From positions 896,001 through 960,000 of the forward strand of contig OZ219787.1 of NCBI GenBank assembly GCA_964291285.2: a stretch of 64,000 nt of DNA, written 5' to 3'. Source of the DNA: Alphaproteobacteria bacterium. Its GTDB lineage: Bacteria; Pseudomonadota; Alphaproteobacteria; Bin95. The translations under genes were made by a program, and so were the position numbers. The notes under the pieces are model-generated. The model was not told the origin of the DNA. It worked only from the letters and a program-made list of their open reading frames with translations, and made no database searches. Below, in pieces: positions 55,424 through 64,000 of this stretch (positions are counted from its first letter, which is position 1; every line of letters starts with the position of its first letter).

Positions 55424-55903
55424 ATGACGAACGAATGGAACGGTCCGGGGGCCGGCGCAAGGCCGGAGGAGGCGCCCCCGGAGCCGAAACGGGGCCAGGC
55501 CGCCAGCCTGGAGGTCCGCGACATGGCGGTGGCGGCCGTGCTCCGCCACGGCGCGAGCGCGGGCGCGGCGGCGCGGATCTTCGGGGTGAACGAGTCCAGC
55601 GTCCGCCGGTGGCTGAAGCAGTTCCGGGAGCACGGCCATCTGCGGCCCGGCAGGCAGGGCGGCAGCGAGTCGCAGATCGAGCGGCGGCGGGACGCCATCT
55701 TCCGTATCCTGGCGGCGCAGCCGGGGCTTTCCAGCTACGAGTTGCGGGACGCGCTGGCGGCCGAGGGGGTCCGTTTCAGCAGCTCGGCGGTGCAGCGCTT
55801 CCTGAGCCGTTACGGCCTGGCCGGCAGGAACAACCGCGCCCGCGCCCTCCTCCGCGAACTGGCGCCGCCGGCCTTGAGCCGCCGGCCCCCTCATCCCGGG
55901 TAG
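55424..55903 (+). CDS. IS630-orfA-like double-HTH protein lacking a DDE domain
   Basis: AAARIFGVNESSVRRW..FREHG and second HTH ELRDALAAEGVRFSSSAVQRFL; GAGGAGG RBS; no slippery site or orfB. Confidence 0.75.
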   Translation: MTNEWNGPGAGARPEEAPPEPKRGQAASLEVRDMAVAAVLRHGASAGAAARIFGVNESSVRRWLKQFREHGHLRPGRQGGSESQIERRRDAIFRILAAQPGLSSYELRDALAAEGVRFSSSAVQRFLSRYGLAGRNNRARALLRELAPPALSRRPPHPG

Positions 55904-56069
55904 CGCCGGGCGGTCGATCCGGACTTCGATTCCACCGGACCCTTCGGAACCCGGTCGAACCCGGGCCATGCGCCCTGTCCGCCGGGTCCGGACCGGACGG
56001 CGGCGGGGCCGGATGCGGTTTTTCCTCCCCGCTCCCAATTGCCCGCCTTCGCGCTGTATGGTGGCGCCC

Positions 56070-56088
56070 ATGAGGTTGGACCATCTGA
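56070..56088 (+). pseudogene. Original 5' codons (MRLDHL) of the creatininase gene, separated by IS630
   Basis: Removing 56089-57258 gives ATG AGG TTG GAC CAT CTG ACA TGG = MRLDHLTWPEVEAYL. Confidence 0.8.
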
Positions 56089-57255
56089 TACCAGCGGTTG
56101 AGGGTTGAGACTCATTGAGGGGATTCCCAAGGTTATCGAGTTCTGACTCAATAGCGATTCTGCGATTGGAGGGTCGTTATGAGGGCAGCAATCCCCTTGA
56201 GGGAGGATTTTGATGCGGCGCAGTTGCGCGGCTTGGCGCAGCGGAGCCGGGATGGTTCGCAGAACCGTCGCCTTCTTGCGCTTGCGGTGATTTACGACGG
56301 TTACCGTCGTTCGGATGCGGCGCGTTTTGCGGGGGTGGGCTTGCAGATCATCCGGGACTGGGTTCTTCGCTTCAACGCGGAAGGCCCGGAGGGATTGAAG
56401 GATCGCAAGGCCTCAGGTCCGCCGCGCAAGTTGAACGGGGAGCAGCGCGCGGCGCTGGCGGCGGTTGTGGAGAGCGGTCCGGACCCGGCGATCCACGGCG
56501 TGGTGCGGTGGCGGCGCTGCGACCTGGCGGCATGGCTCAGCGAGCAGTTCGGCATCTCGTTGGCGGAGACGACGGTCGGGCGGGAGTTGCGCCGGATGGG
56601 CTACGCCAAGCTCTCTGCGCGCCCGCGCCACTATGCCCAGGACGAAGCCGCGCTGGCAGGGTTCAAAAAAACTTCCCCGACCGCCTGAAGGAGATCCGCG
56701 CTGCACTCGGCGACGGCGTCGAGGTCGAAGTCTGGTGGCAGGACGAGGCGCGCGTCGGGCAGAAGAACAAGATCACCCGGCGATGGGCTAAACGCGGCAC
56801 CCGACCGTCAGCGCCCAAGGACCAGAGAACCATCTCGGCCTACATCTTCGGCGCCATATGCCCGCAGAAGGGCAAGGCCGCCGGCCTCGTCATGCCCCAC
56901 GCCAACACGGAGGCACTCAACGCCCACCTCGCCGAGGTCGCCCTCACCGTTGAACCCGGAGCCCATGCCCTCGTCATGCTCGACCGGGCCGGATGGCACA
57001 CATCCCCGGCCCTCAAAGTCCCCGACAACATAACCCTGATGCCGCTCCCGCCCCGGTCCCCCGAGCTCAATCCCGTCGAGAATGTCTGGCAGTTCATGCG
57101 CGAAAATTGGCTCTCGAACCGCGTCTTCCAGAACTACGACGACATACTCGATCACTGCTGCCAGGCCTGGAACAATCTCGTCTCACAACCAGAACGCATC
57201 GCCTCCATCGGAACCCGAAAATGGGCCAATGGGTTCTGAACTATGCCCGCTGGTA
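56089..57255 (+). mobile_element. IS630 family insertion sequence
   Basis: Terminal IR TACCAGCGG/CCGCTGGTA flanked by duplicated TGA (56086-56088, 57256-57258). Confidence 0.9.
56179..57239 (+). CDS. IS630 transposase, orfA/orfB joined by a -1 frameshift
   Basis: orfA HTH 56179-56688; A7 run at 56665-56671; orfB WQDEARVG, LDRAGWH and SPELNPVENVW. Confidence 0.92.
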
Positions 57256-57947
57256 TGACATGGCCCGAAGTCGAGGCCTATCTCGGCCGGGCGGACGGCA
57301 TCCTGCTGCCGGTCGGCTCCACGGAGCAGCACGGGCCGAACGGGCCGCTCGGCACGGATGCGCTCTGCCCCGAGGGGGTAGGGCGGGCGGCGGCGGAGCG
57401 GCTCGGCATTCTCACCGCGCCCACCCTGGCGCTCGGCGTCGCGCCCTACCACATGGCGTTTCCGGGAACGATCACGCTCACGCCGGAGACCTTCCAGGCG
57501 GTCCTGAAGGAGACTATCGCCTCGCTTGCCCGGCACGGATTCGGCCATGTCTATGTGTTGAACGGGCATGGCGGCAACATTCCCTTCATCCGGGGTGTGC
57601 TGAAGGAAATGGAGTCCCCGCGCTGCAGGCTGCACAGCTGGTTCATCGGCCCGCGGGTGCGCGCGCTCGCAAAGCAGCTTTACGGCAAGGCCGAGGGCCT
57701 GCACGCCACGCCGTCCGAGATTGCGCTCGCCTGGCATGTCGCGCCCGAGACCCGGCGCGAGGACGTGGCCATGACGCCGAAGCGCGCCCCCGGGGGGTTC
57801 GAGAAGGAGCCGGACGCCTACCGGGCGCGGTTCCCGGACGGGCGCATCGGCTCCGAAGCCGCGCTCGCCCGCGCCGAGGACGGCGCCCGGCTGCTGCAGG
57901 CAGCGGTTGAGGATGTGATCGAGGACTACCGCGTCTTTACTGCGTAA
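57255..57947 (+). CDS. Creatininase family protein (N-terminus displaced by IS630)
   Basis: PVGSTEQHG, GTD, NGHGGN and HATPSE. Confidence 0.88.
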   Translation: MTWPEVEAYLGRADGILLPVGSTEQHGPNGPLGTDALCPEGVGRAAAERLGILTAPTLALGVAPYHMAFPGTITLTPETFQAVLKETIASLARHGFGHVYVLNGHGGNIPFIRGVLKEMESPRCRLHSWFIGPRVRALAKQLYGKAEGLHATPSEIALAWHVAPETRREDVAMTPKRAPGGFEKEPDAYRARFPDGRIGSEAALARAEDGARLLQAAVEDVIEDYRVFTA

Positions 57948-59127
57948 TCGCTCCGTCGGCCGCCAGCGCCTCTATTTCCTCGGCGTCGAAGCCGGCCTCG
58001 GCCAGGATTTCGCCGGTATGCTCGCCGACGGCCGGGGGCTGGCGGCGGAGGCCGAAATCATGCGCGCCGATCTCGACAGGCAGGCGCGGCAGCCGCGTCG
58101 CCGGGCCGCCCGGAAGCTGCACGTCCAGCAGGCGCCCCTCATGGTTGAGCTGTGGATCCTCGAACAGGTGCACCGGCTTCGCGACGGGCGAGAAGGGCAC
58201 GGCGATCTCCTCCAGTATGGCGGTCATACCGGAGAGCGTGTGCGCCTTGACGGTCTCCGCGATGCGGGCGGCGATCCGGTCTCCCTCGACCACGCGGCTC
58301 TCATTGGTGGCGTTGCGCGGGTCGGCGAGTTCGTCCGCCCAGCCGAAATGCTCGCACCAGGCGCGCCAGTGGTTGTCGCTGGTGATGCCGATAAACACCT
58401 GCTCGCCGTCCCGGGTCTCGAAAGTTTCGTAGATCGCCCAGGCCCGGGCGCGCGCCGGCATGGGTTGCGGCTCGCGCCCCGTTGCGCTGATGCCGGCCAT
58501 GTGCTGCGACATGAGGAACGCGGTCGATTCGAACAGCGCCGACTTCACGAATTGCCCCCTGCCGGTCGCCTCGCGCTCCTTCAGCGCGCAGAGGATGCCG
58601 ATGACCGCATAGCTGCCGCCCATGATGTCGATGATCGAGGTGCCGGCGCGCAGCGGCCGGCCGGGCGGGCCGGTCATGTAGGCGAGCCCGGCCATGAACT
58701 GCACCACCTCGTCGAGCGCCGGCCGGTTCTCGTAGGGTCCGGAGAGGAAGCCCTTGAGCGAGGCGAAGACGAGGCGCGGATTGATCCCGCTCAGGGTTTC
58801 CCAGCCGCAGCCGAGCCGTTCCATGGTGCCGGGCGCATAGTTCTCGATCACGACATCGACGGAGGCGGCGAGCCGGTGGACGACCTCCCGGCCGCGGTCC
58901 GACTTGAGATCGACGGCCAGCGAACGCTTGTTGCGGTTGAAGCCGCCGAAGAAACCGGCGGCGAATCCCGGCAGGCGCCTCGTCTTGTCGCCGTCGGGCG
59001 CAGGCTCGACCTTGACGACGTCTGCGCCGAGATCGGCCAGCACCAGGCCGCAGCTCGGCCCCATGATCGTCTGGCAGAACTCCAGCACCCGGATGCCGGC
59101 AAGCGGAAGCGGGGCGTTTTCGGTCAT
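57937..59127 (-). CDS. CaiB/BaiF family III CoA-transferase
   Basis: PLAGIRVLE, DLGADVVKVE, NRNKRS and ALDEVVQ. Confidence 0.94.
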   Translation of the reverse strand: MTENAPLPLAGIRVLEFCQTIMGPSCGLVLADLGADVVKVEPAPDGDKTRRLPGFAAGFFGGFNRNKRSLAVDLKSDRGREVVHRLAASVDVVIENYAPGTMERLGCGWETLSGINPRLVFASLKGFLSGPYENRPALDEVVQFMAGLAYMTGPPGRPLRAGTSIIDIMGGSYAVIGILCALKEREATGRGQFVKSALFESTAFLMSQHMAGISATGREPQPMPARARAWAIYETFETRDGEQVFIGITSDNHWRAWCEHFGWADELADPRNATNESRVVEGDRIAARIAETVKAHTLSGMTAILEEIAVPFSPVAKPVHLFEDPQLNHEGRLLDVQLPGGPATRLPRLPVEIGAHDFGLRRQPPAVGEHTGEILAEAGFDAEEIEALAADGAITQ

Positions 59128-59227
59128 CGGTCGCGAAACCTGTGTCTCGGGAATCGGTGCGCAGACTATGGGCCATTCGCGCGCCGGCTGCGACCGGGAC
59201 CGTTTGTCCGGCCGCGATGCAATTCCC

Positions 59228-59268
59228 GTGAATGATTGTCATTCATGTTATGAATGGATATCATTCAC
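59228..59268. promoter_or_regulatory. Compound palindromic operator-like site
   Basis: GTGAATGA-ttg-TCATTCAT-gtt-ATGAATGG-ata-TCATTCAC: four alternating half-sites at 11-bp period. Confidence 0.7.
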
Positions 59269-59271
59269 GGG

Positions 59272-60495
59272 ATGTTCGAAGCCCCTCTTCCGCGCCTCGT
59301 GGCGAAAACGCTTGAAGACCGCCTTGCCGTCATGCCGGCCGTCGTGCTCACGGGCGCGCGCCAGACCGGCAAGACCGTTCTCGCCCGGGGACTCGAAAGG
59401 AAAGGATGGCGCTACCGCACTCTCGACGACCCGGACATTCTGGACGCCGTCCGCCGCGACCCGGAGTCGGTTCTGGACGCGCCGGGCCCCATGGCTCTGG
59501 ACGAGGTGCAGCGCGCGCCCGACCTGCTCCATGCGGTCAAGCTGGCCATCGACCGTGACCGGCGGCCGGGACGCTTCCTGCTGACGGGCTCGGCCAATCT
59601 GCTTCTCATGCACCGCGTCTCCGAGTCGCTGGCAGGGCGCGCGAGCTACCTGACGCTTCGGCCCATGACCCGGCGGGAACGGTCGGGAAAGGGCGCGGGC
59701 GGTCTCTGGGAAGAGTTGGTCCACACGCCCGACGACCGTTGGCTCGACCTGCTTGCCGCCCAGCCGGACGAGCCGGAGGACTGGCGCAAGCTGGCGCAGA
59801 GCGGCGGGTTCCCCACGCCGGCGGTCCATCTGGAACGGGACGATGCGCGGACGGTCTGGTTCGACGGCTATGTGCGCACCTACCTGGAGCGCGACCTCCA
59901 GGACCTTTCCGCGATTTCCGCCCTGGTCGAGTTCCGCCGCCTGATGCGAGCGGCCGCGCTCAGGACCGGCCAGACCGTCAACCAGACCGAACTCGGCCGG
60001 GACATTGCGCTGCCGCAGCCGACGGTGCGGCGCTATCTCAACCTGCTGGAAACCTCCTATCTGCTGGCGCAGATCCCCGCCTATGCCGTGAACCGCACCA
60101 AGCGGCTCATCAAGGCGCCGAAACTGTATTGGGGCGATACCGGCCTCGCGCTTTTCCTCGCGGGCGGCGGAGAACCGGGCGGGGCGCATCTCGAGAATCT
60201 GGTGGCGATGGACCTGATGGCGTGGCGGGACGCCCGGCTCGGGCAGGCCGAAATCCTCCATTGGCGGACGGCCGCCGGCGAAGAGGTGGATTTCGCAGTC
60301 GAAGCCGAAGGCCGCCTGCTGCCGATTGAGGTCAAGGCGGCGAACCGGCCTCGACTAAGGGACGCCCGCCATCTCCGCAGTTTCCGCGCGGAATACGGCA
60401 ACAGCGCGCGACCGGGCTTGCTGCTGCACGCGGGTTCGCAACTGGAATGGCTCGCGCCCGACATTCTTGCTGCGCCCTGGTGGCGGGTGATGTAG
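59272..60495 (+). CDS. AAA_14 ATPase with DUF4143 C-terminal domain
   Basis: GARQTGKT, LDEVQ, LTGS, ESLAGR, KAPKLYWGDTG and EVDF..IEVK; alternative start 59254. Confidence 0.92.
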   Translation: MFEAPLPRLVAKTLEDRLAVMPAVVLTGARQTGKTVLARGLERKGWRYRTLDDPDILDAVRRDPESVLDAPGPMALDEVQRAPDLLHAVKLAIDRDRRPGRFLLTGSANLLLMHRVSESLAGRASYLTLRPMTRRERSGKGAGGLWEELVHTPDDRWLDLLAAQPDEPEDWRKLAQSGGFPTPAVHLERDDARTVWFDGYVRTYLERDLQDLSAISALVEFRRLMRAAALRTGQTVNQTELGRDIALPQPTVRRYLNLLETSYLLAQIPAYAVNRTKRLIKAPKLYWGDTGLALFLAGGGEPGGAHLENLVAMDLMAWRDARLGQAEILHWRTAAGEEVDFAVEAEGRLLPIEVKAANRPRLRDARHLRSFRAEYGNSARPGLLLHAGSQLEWLAPDILAAPWWRVM

Positions 60496-60605
60496 CCGTC
60501 ATGGCCGCCTGCGCTCTTGCCAGGGCGGGCGGCCGGGGTAATGCTGAGGCGTCCGTTCCGGAAGAGCCGGCCTTTCCAGATGTTCGCATACGCCTGCGCC
60601 AATCC

Positions 60606-61583
60606 ATGCGTGTAATCCTCTGCCGCGAGCTCGGCTCGCCCGATGTGCTGACGGTCGAGGAGCGGCCCGACCCGGAGCCGGGCATGGGCGAGGTGCTCGT
60701 CCGGCAGGAGGCCTGGGGCGTCAACTATGTCGATGCGCTGATGGTGGCGGGCGGCTACCAGTTGAAGCCCGACCTGCCCTTCGTGCCGGGACTGGAAGCC
60801 GCCGGCACGGTCGTTGCGACCGGTTTCGGCATCAATGTCTTCGAGCCAGGCGACCGGGTGGTCGTGAGCCACCGGCCGGGTGCGTTCGCGGAACTGGCGG
60901 CGGCGACCTTCGACCGCGTGCGACCGGCGCCTCCCGAACTGGACATGGCGGAAGCCGCCGTGTTCCGGTCCGCTTACCACACCGCCCTTCACGCATTGCT
61001 GCAGCGCGGCCGGCTGGCGCCGGGCGAGAGCGTGCTGGTACTGGGCGCGGCCGGCGGCGTCGGCATGGCGGCGGTGCATTGCGCCAAGCGGCTGGGTGCG
61101 CAGGTGATCGCCGCGGCGGCCGGAGAGGAGAAGCTGGCCGCGCTTCGCAGGCAGGGAGCCGATGTCGTCATCGACTATCGCGAAGGCTTCCGCCAGGCGG
61201 TGCTGGCCGCCACGGGCGGGCGCGGCGTCGACGTCGTTTACGACCCTGTCGGCGGCGATGCCTTCGACGAGGCGATGCGCTCGACGGCCTGGGGCGGGCG
61301 CATCCTCGCCATCGGATTCACGAGCGGCCGCCGGCCGGTCGCCAAGGTCAACCACATCCTCATCAAGGGCATCGAGGTGATCGGCGTGCGCGCGGGCGAA
61401 GCAGGCCGCCGCGACCCGAACCTGCCCGAAGAGACCTGGCGCTATCTGACCCGCTGGGTATCGGAGGATGGGCTGAGGCCTCATATCAGCCACCGCATTC
61501 CCTTCTCCCGCGCCGCCGAGGCGCTGCAATTGGTGCTCGATCGCAAGGTCATCGGAAAGGCAGTGCTGGTCCCCGATGGTTGA
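60606..61583 (+). CDS. NADPH:quinone oxidoreductase family (MDR) protein
   Basis: GVNYVD, PFVPGLE, GAAGGVG and DPVGG. Confidence 0.93.
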   Translation: MRVILCRELGSPDVLTVEERPDPEPGMGEVLVRQEAWGVNYVDALMVAGGYQLKPDLPFVPGLEAAGTVVATGFGINVFEPGDRVVVSHRPGAFAELAAATFDRVRPAPPELDMAEAAVFRSAYHTALHALLQRGRLAPGESVLVLGAAGGVGMAAVHCAKRLGAQVIAAAAGEEKLAALRRQGADVVIDYREGFRQAVLAATGGRGVDVVYDPVGGDAFDEAMRSTAWGGRILAIGFTSGRRPVAKVNHILIKGIEVIGVRAGEAGRRDPNLPEETWRYLTRWVSEDGLRPHISHRIPFSRAAEALQLVLDRKVIGKAVLVPDG

Positions 61584-61662
61584 GCCGTCTTGCAGGGTCC
61601 GGCGAAACGCTGGAATTGTGCCGCTTCCCGCGCAGTGAAGAAAGAGAAAGGCGCGCTCCGCG

Positions 61663-63954
61663 ATGACGCTTCCGCTTGACGGCATTACCGTCCTCGACCT
61701 CACCTCCGGCGCTGCCGGCGCCTTCGCCGGGATGCTGCTGGGCGACTCGGGCGCGCGGGTGCTTCGTGCCGTCCATGCGGCGGCGCCCCTGCATCGCGAC
61801 GGCGGCTTTACCGTCTGGGACCGGGGCAAGGAGGCCTTCGACTGGGACCCGGAAGCCGCCGGCGCGGAGGACGAACTCAAGCGCCTGCTGCCGGGCGCGG
61901 ACGTGCTGTTGCAGGATTTTGCGCCGGCGGCGGCGCAACAGGCGATGTTCGGGCCGGCGAAACTTCTGGCGCTGAACCCGCGCCTCGTCGCCTGCTCGAT
62001 CACCGCCTACGGGATGAAGGGCCGGTGGCGGAACGACCCGCCGGTGGACGACCTGGTGATGGCGCGCGCGGGCATCCCTGCGGGCATGCCGGGTTTCCGG
62101 CCCGCGCCCGTGCATGTGCCGCATCCGCTGCCGAGCACAGGTGCGGCGCTGTTCGCCTGCATCGGCGCGGCCGCAAGCCTGCTCGCGCGCGAGACGACGG
62201 GGCGGGGCCGCATCGTCGAGACCTCGCTGCTGGCGGGCGCGCTGCTCTTCCACCCGAAAGTGGTCGCCGAAGGCATCCCGCCGCTCGTGTTCCAGACCCA
62301 TCCCTCCGGCAGCGCGCCCTTCTACAGCCTCTATGAATGCGCGGACGGCGAATATATCCAGCTCGGCTGCGTGCATGAGCGCTTCATCGCCCGTGCCTCC
62401 GAGATCATGGGCATCGGCGAGCTCGTCGCGGAGCCCCGGTTCGACAATGTGCGCCGGGGCGACGGGATGACGGAGGAAGAGGAGCTTCGTGCGGCGATTG
62501 CCGGCGCGATGAAGACCCGCAATGCTGCGGACTGGGCCGCCGATTTCGAAGCCGCCGACGTGCCGTTCGCGCCGGTCCGGCAGGGCCCGGTCGTCCTCGA
62601 GGATCCGCAGATCCGGCACAATGCGATGGTGCTCGCGCTCGAAGACCCGGCGCTCGGCGAGACCGTGCAGATGGGGGCGCCGATCCGCTTCGCCGAGACG
62701 CCCGCTGACCCGAAACCGCGTTCGGCCGCCGCCGGGCCGCTCCCGGACCTCCCGCCGCTCGCGGCGGAGGCTGCGCCGGCGGCAGGCGAGGGGCAAGACC
62801 CGCCGCCGCTTGCCGGGATCAGGGTGTTGGAGATCACGAACCTCATCGCCGGTCCGACCGGGGGCCGGCTGCTCGCCGATCTCGGCGCCGACGTCATCAA
62901 GCTGGAGCCGCCGGGCGGCGACATCTCGCGGCCCATCGGGCGCAACTACTTCTACAACCTGAACTTCAACAAGCGCTCGTTTTGCGTGGACGCGCGCAAG
63001 CCGGGCGGCAGGGAAGCGATCCAGCGCGTGGCGGCAAGCTGCGACATGATGCTCGCCAATCTCCGCCCGGGCGCCACGCACCGCATGGGCATCGGCGCGC
63101 ATGTCGATCCGGAGCTGATCGAGACGCATGTCACCGGCTACGGCCTCACCGGCCCCTATTCGAAGCGGCCCGGGATCGACCCGCTGGCGCAGGCGCTGAT
63201 GGGCCTCTCCCGCGCGCAGGGCGGCAGCGGCAACCCGCCGTCCTTCGCTGCCCAGCTTGCGCCGACCGACTTCACCGCCGGCGCCATGGCGACGCTCGGC
63301 TCGATCATGGCTCTCTACGCCCGGCGGCGGGGCAGGGCCTCGCGGCGGGTGGACAGCAACCTGCTCAATGCCGCCGTGGTTCTGAGCTCGCCCTGGTTCG
63401 GTAAGTGGCGGGGCAAGGAGGAGCGGCCGCTCGCCGATTCGGGCCAGCACGGCATCGATGCCTTCCACCGGCTCTACCGGCTGCGCGACGGCTGGATTTA
63501 TGTCGCTGCGGACACGGAGGAGACGCGGGCGGCGTTGTCGGCCATGCTCGGGCTCGGCGCGCTTGATCCCGCCGGCGACGGGCACCCGGCCGAATCACCG
63601 CTCGCCCGCGCCATCGAAGCGGCCTTTGCCGACCGCCATGTCGAAGACGCGCTGGCAGCGCTGGAGGAGGTCGGCGTGCCGGCCGCGGAGGCGCGGAGCG
63701 GGGCGAGCGACGTCTTCCTCGACGACGAAACCGCGCACGCAAACGGTCTGGTCACAGAAACCCGCCACCCGACGGCAGGCAGGATGCGGATCGCCTGGAA
63801 CTATATCGGCTTCCAGGACACCGCGTCCTCCGCCGCCCGCCCGACGCCATTGCTGGGCGAACACGGCGCGGACGTGCTGGCGGAAGCCGGACTCGAAGAG
63901 GGCGAAATCGAGGCGCTCTTCGCCTCGGGCGCAGTGCTTGCGGAGCGCGGCTAG
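61663..63954 (+). CDS. Tandem two-domain CaiB/BaiF CoA-transferase
   Basis: Two N-terminal signatures: PLDGITVLDL..DRGK and PLAGIRVLEI..NFNKRS. Confidence 0.9.
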   Translation: MTLPLDGITVLDLTSGAAGAFAGMLLGDSGARVLRAVHAAAPLHRDGGFTVWDRGKEAFDWDPEAAGAEDELKRLLPGADVLLQDFAPAAAQQAMFGPAKLLALNPRLVACSITAYGMKGRWRNDPPVDDLVMARAGIPAGMPGFRPAPVHVPHPLPSTGAALFACIGAAASLLARETTGRGRIVETSLLAGALLFHPKVVAEGIPPLVFQTHPSGSAPFYSLYECADGEYIQLGCVHERFIARASEIMGIGELVAEPRFDNVRRGDGMTEEEELRAAIAGAMKTRNAADWAADFEAADVPFAPVRQGPVVLEDPQIRHNAMVLALEDPALGETVQMGAPIRFAETPADPKPRSAAAGPLPDLPPLAAEAAPAAGEGQDPPPLAGIRVLEITNLIAGPTGGRLLADLGADVIKLEPPGGDISRPIGRNYFYNLNFNKRSFCVDARKPGGREAIQRVAASCDMMLANLRPGATHRMGIGAHVDPELIETHVTGYGLTGPYSKRPGIDPLAQALMGLSRAQGGSGNPPSFAAQLAPTDFTAGAMATLGSIMALYARRRGRASRRVDSNLLNAAVVLSSPWFGKWRGKEERPLADSGQHGIDAFHRLYRLRDGWIYVAADTEETRAALSAMLGLGALDPAGDGHPAESPLARAIEAAFADRHVEDALAALEEVGVPAAEARSGASDVFLDDETAHANGLVTETRHPTAGRMRIAWNYIGFQDTASSAARPTPLLGEHGADVLAEAGLEEGEIEALFASGAVLAERG

Positions 63955-64000
63955 GCGGCCCTGGCGGTCTGCCGCTCGCGGAAGGGCGCCATCACCTCCT
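63951..64000 (-). CDS. Possible 3' end of a gene entering from the right
   Basis: Reverse strand reads EVMAPFRERQTARAA*; the stop overlaps the CTAG of the CoA-transferase end. Confidence 0.35.
   Translation of the reverse strand, partial: EVMAPFRERQTARAA

Noticed and set aside
56508-56690. IS630 transposase as a frameshifted pseudogene
   Set aside because: An A7 slippery site at the orfA/orfB overlap is the usual programmed -1 frameshift
57255-57947. Creatininase as mycofactocin MftE or part of a RiPP cluster
   Set aside because: No radical SAM enzyme, precursor peptide or chaperone nearby
1-64000. tRNA, rRNA, integrase or prophage genes
   Set aside because: None recognised by eye; tRNAscan and Infernal were not run

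Overview
High-GC bacterial chromosomal segment. Gene content and palindromic repeats point to an alphaproteobacterium; a Rhodospirillales-like, possibly marine host-associated organism is inference only. Most of the window is catabolic and accessory enzymes: dipeptidase, two HADs, kynU, Fe-ADH, two TauD, S9 and S8 peptidases, three CoA-transferases, SDRs, agmatinase, thiolase with OB-fold partner, MlrC and GST. There are three complete insertion sequences (IS1634, IS1595, IS630). Main observations: (1) A ~500-bp dispersed intergenic element occurs three times. Each copy has an AT-rich 5' end, a -35/17-bp/-10 promoter, a conserved GC-rich core and CATGAC boxes spaced 10 bp apart; two copies also carry an RBS and a 41-codon ORF. 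(2) An AT-richer two-gene islet pairs a ThsB-like TIR protein with an uncharacterised 161-aa protein and no known Thoeris effector. (3) A UGSC selenoprotein is split by the ORF track at its UGA codon and has a SECIS-like hairpin. (4) An IS630 sits in codon 6-7 of a creatininase gene and its end rebuilds an in-frame ATG. (5) A collapsed kynA remnant lies upstream of kynU. (6) A transposase-derived HTH-only gene has its own promoter. No rRNA, tRNA or CRISPR array was seen. All family calls come from motif recognition by eye; no searches were run.
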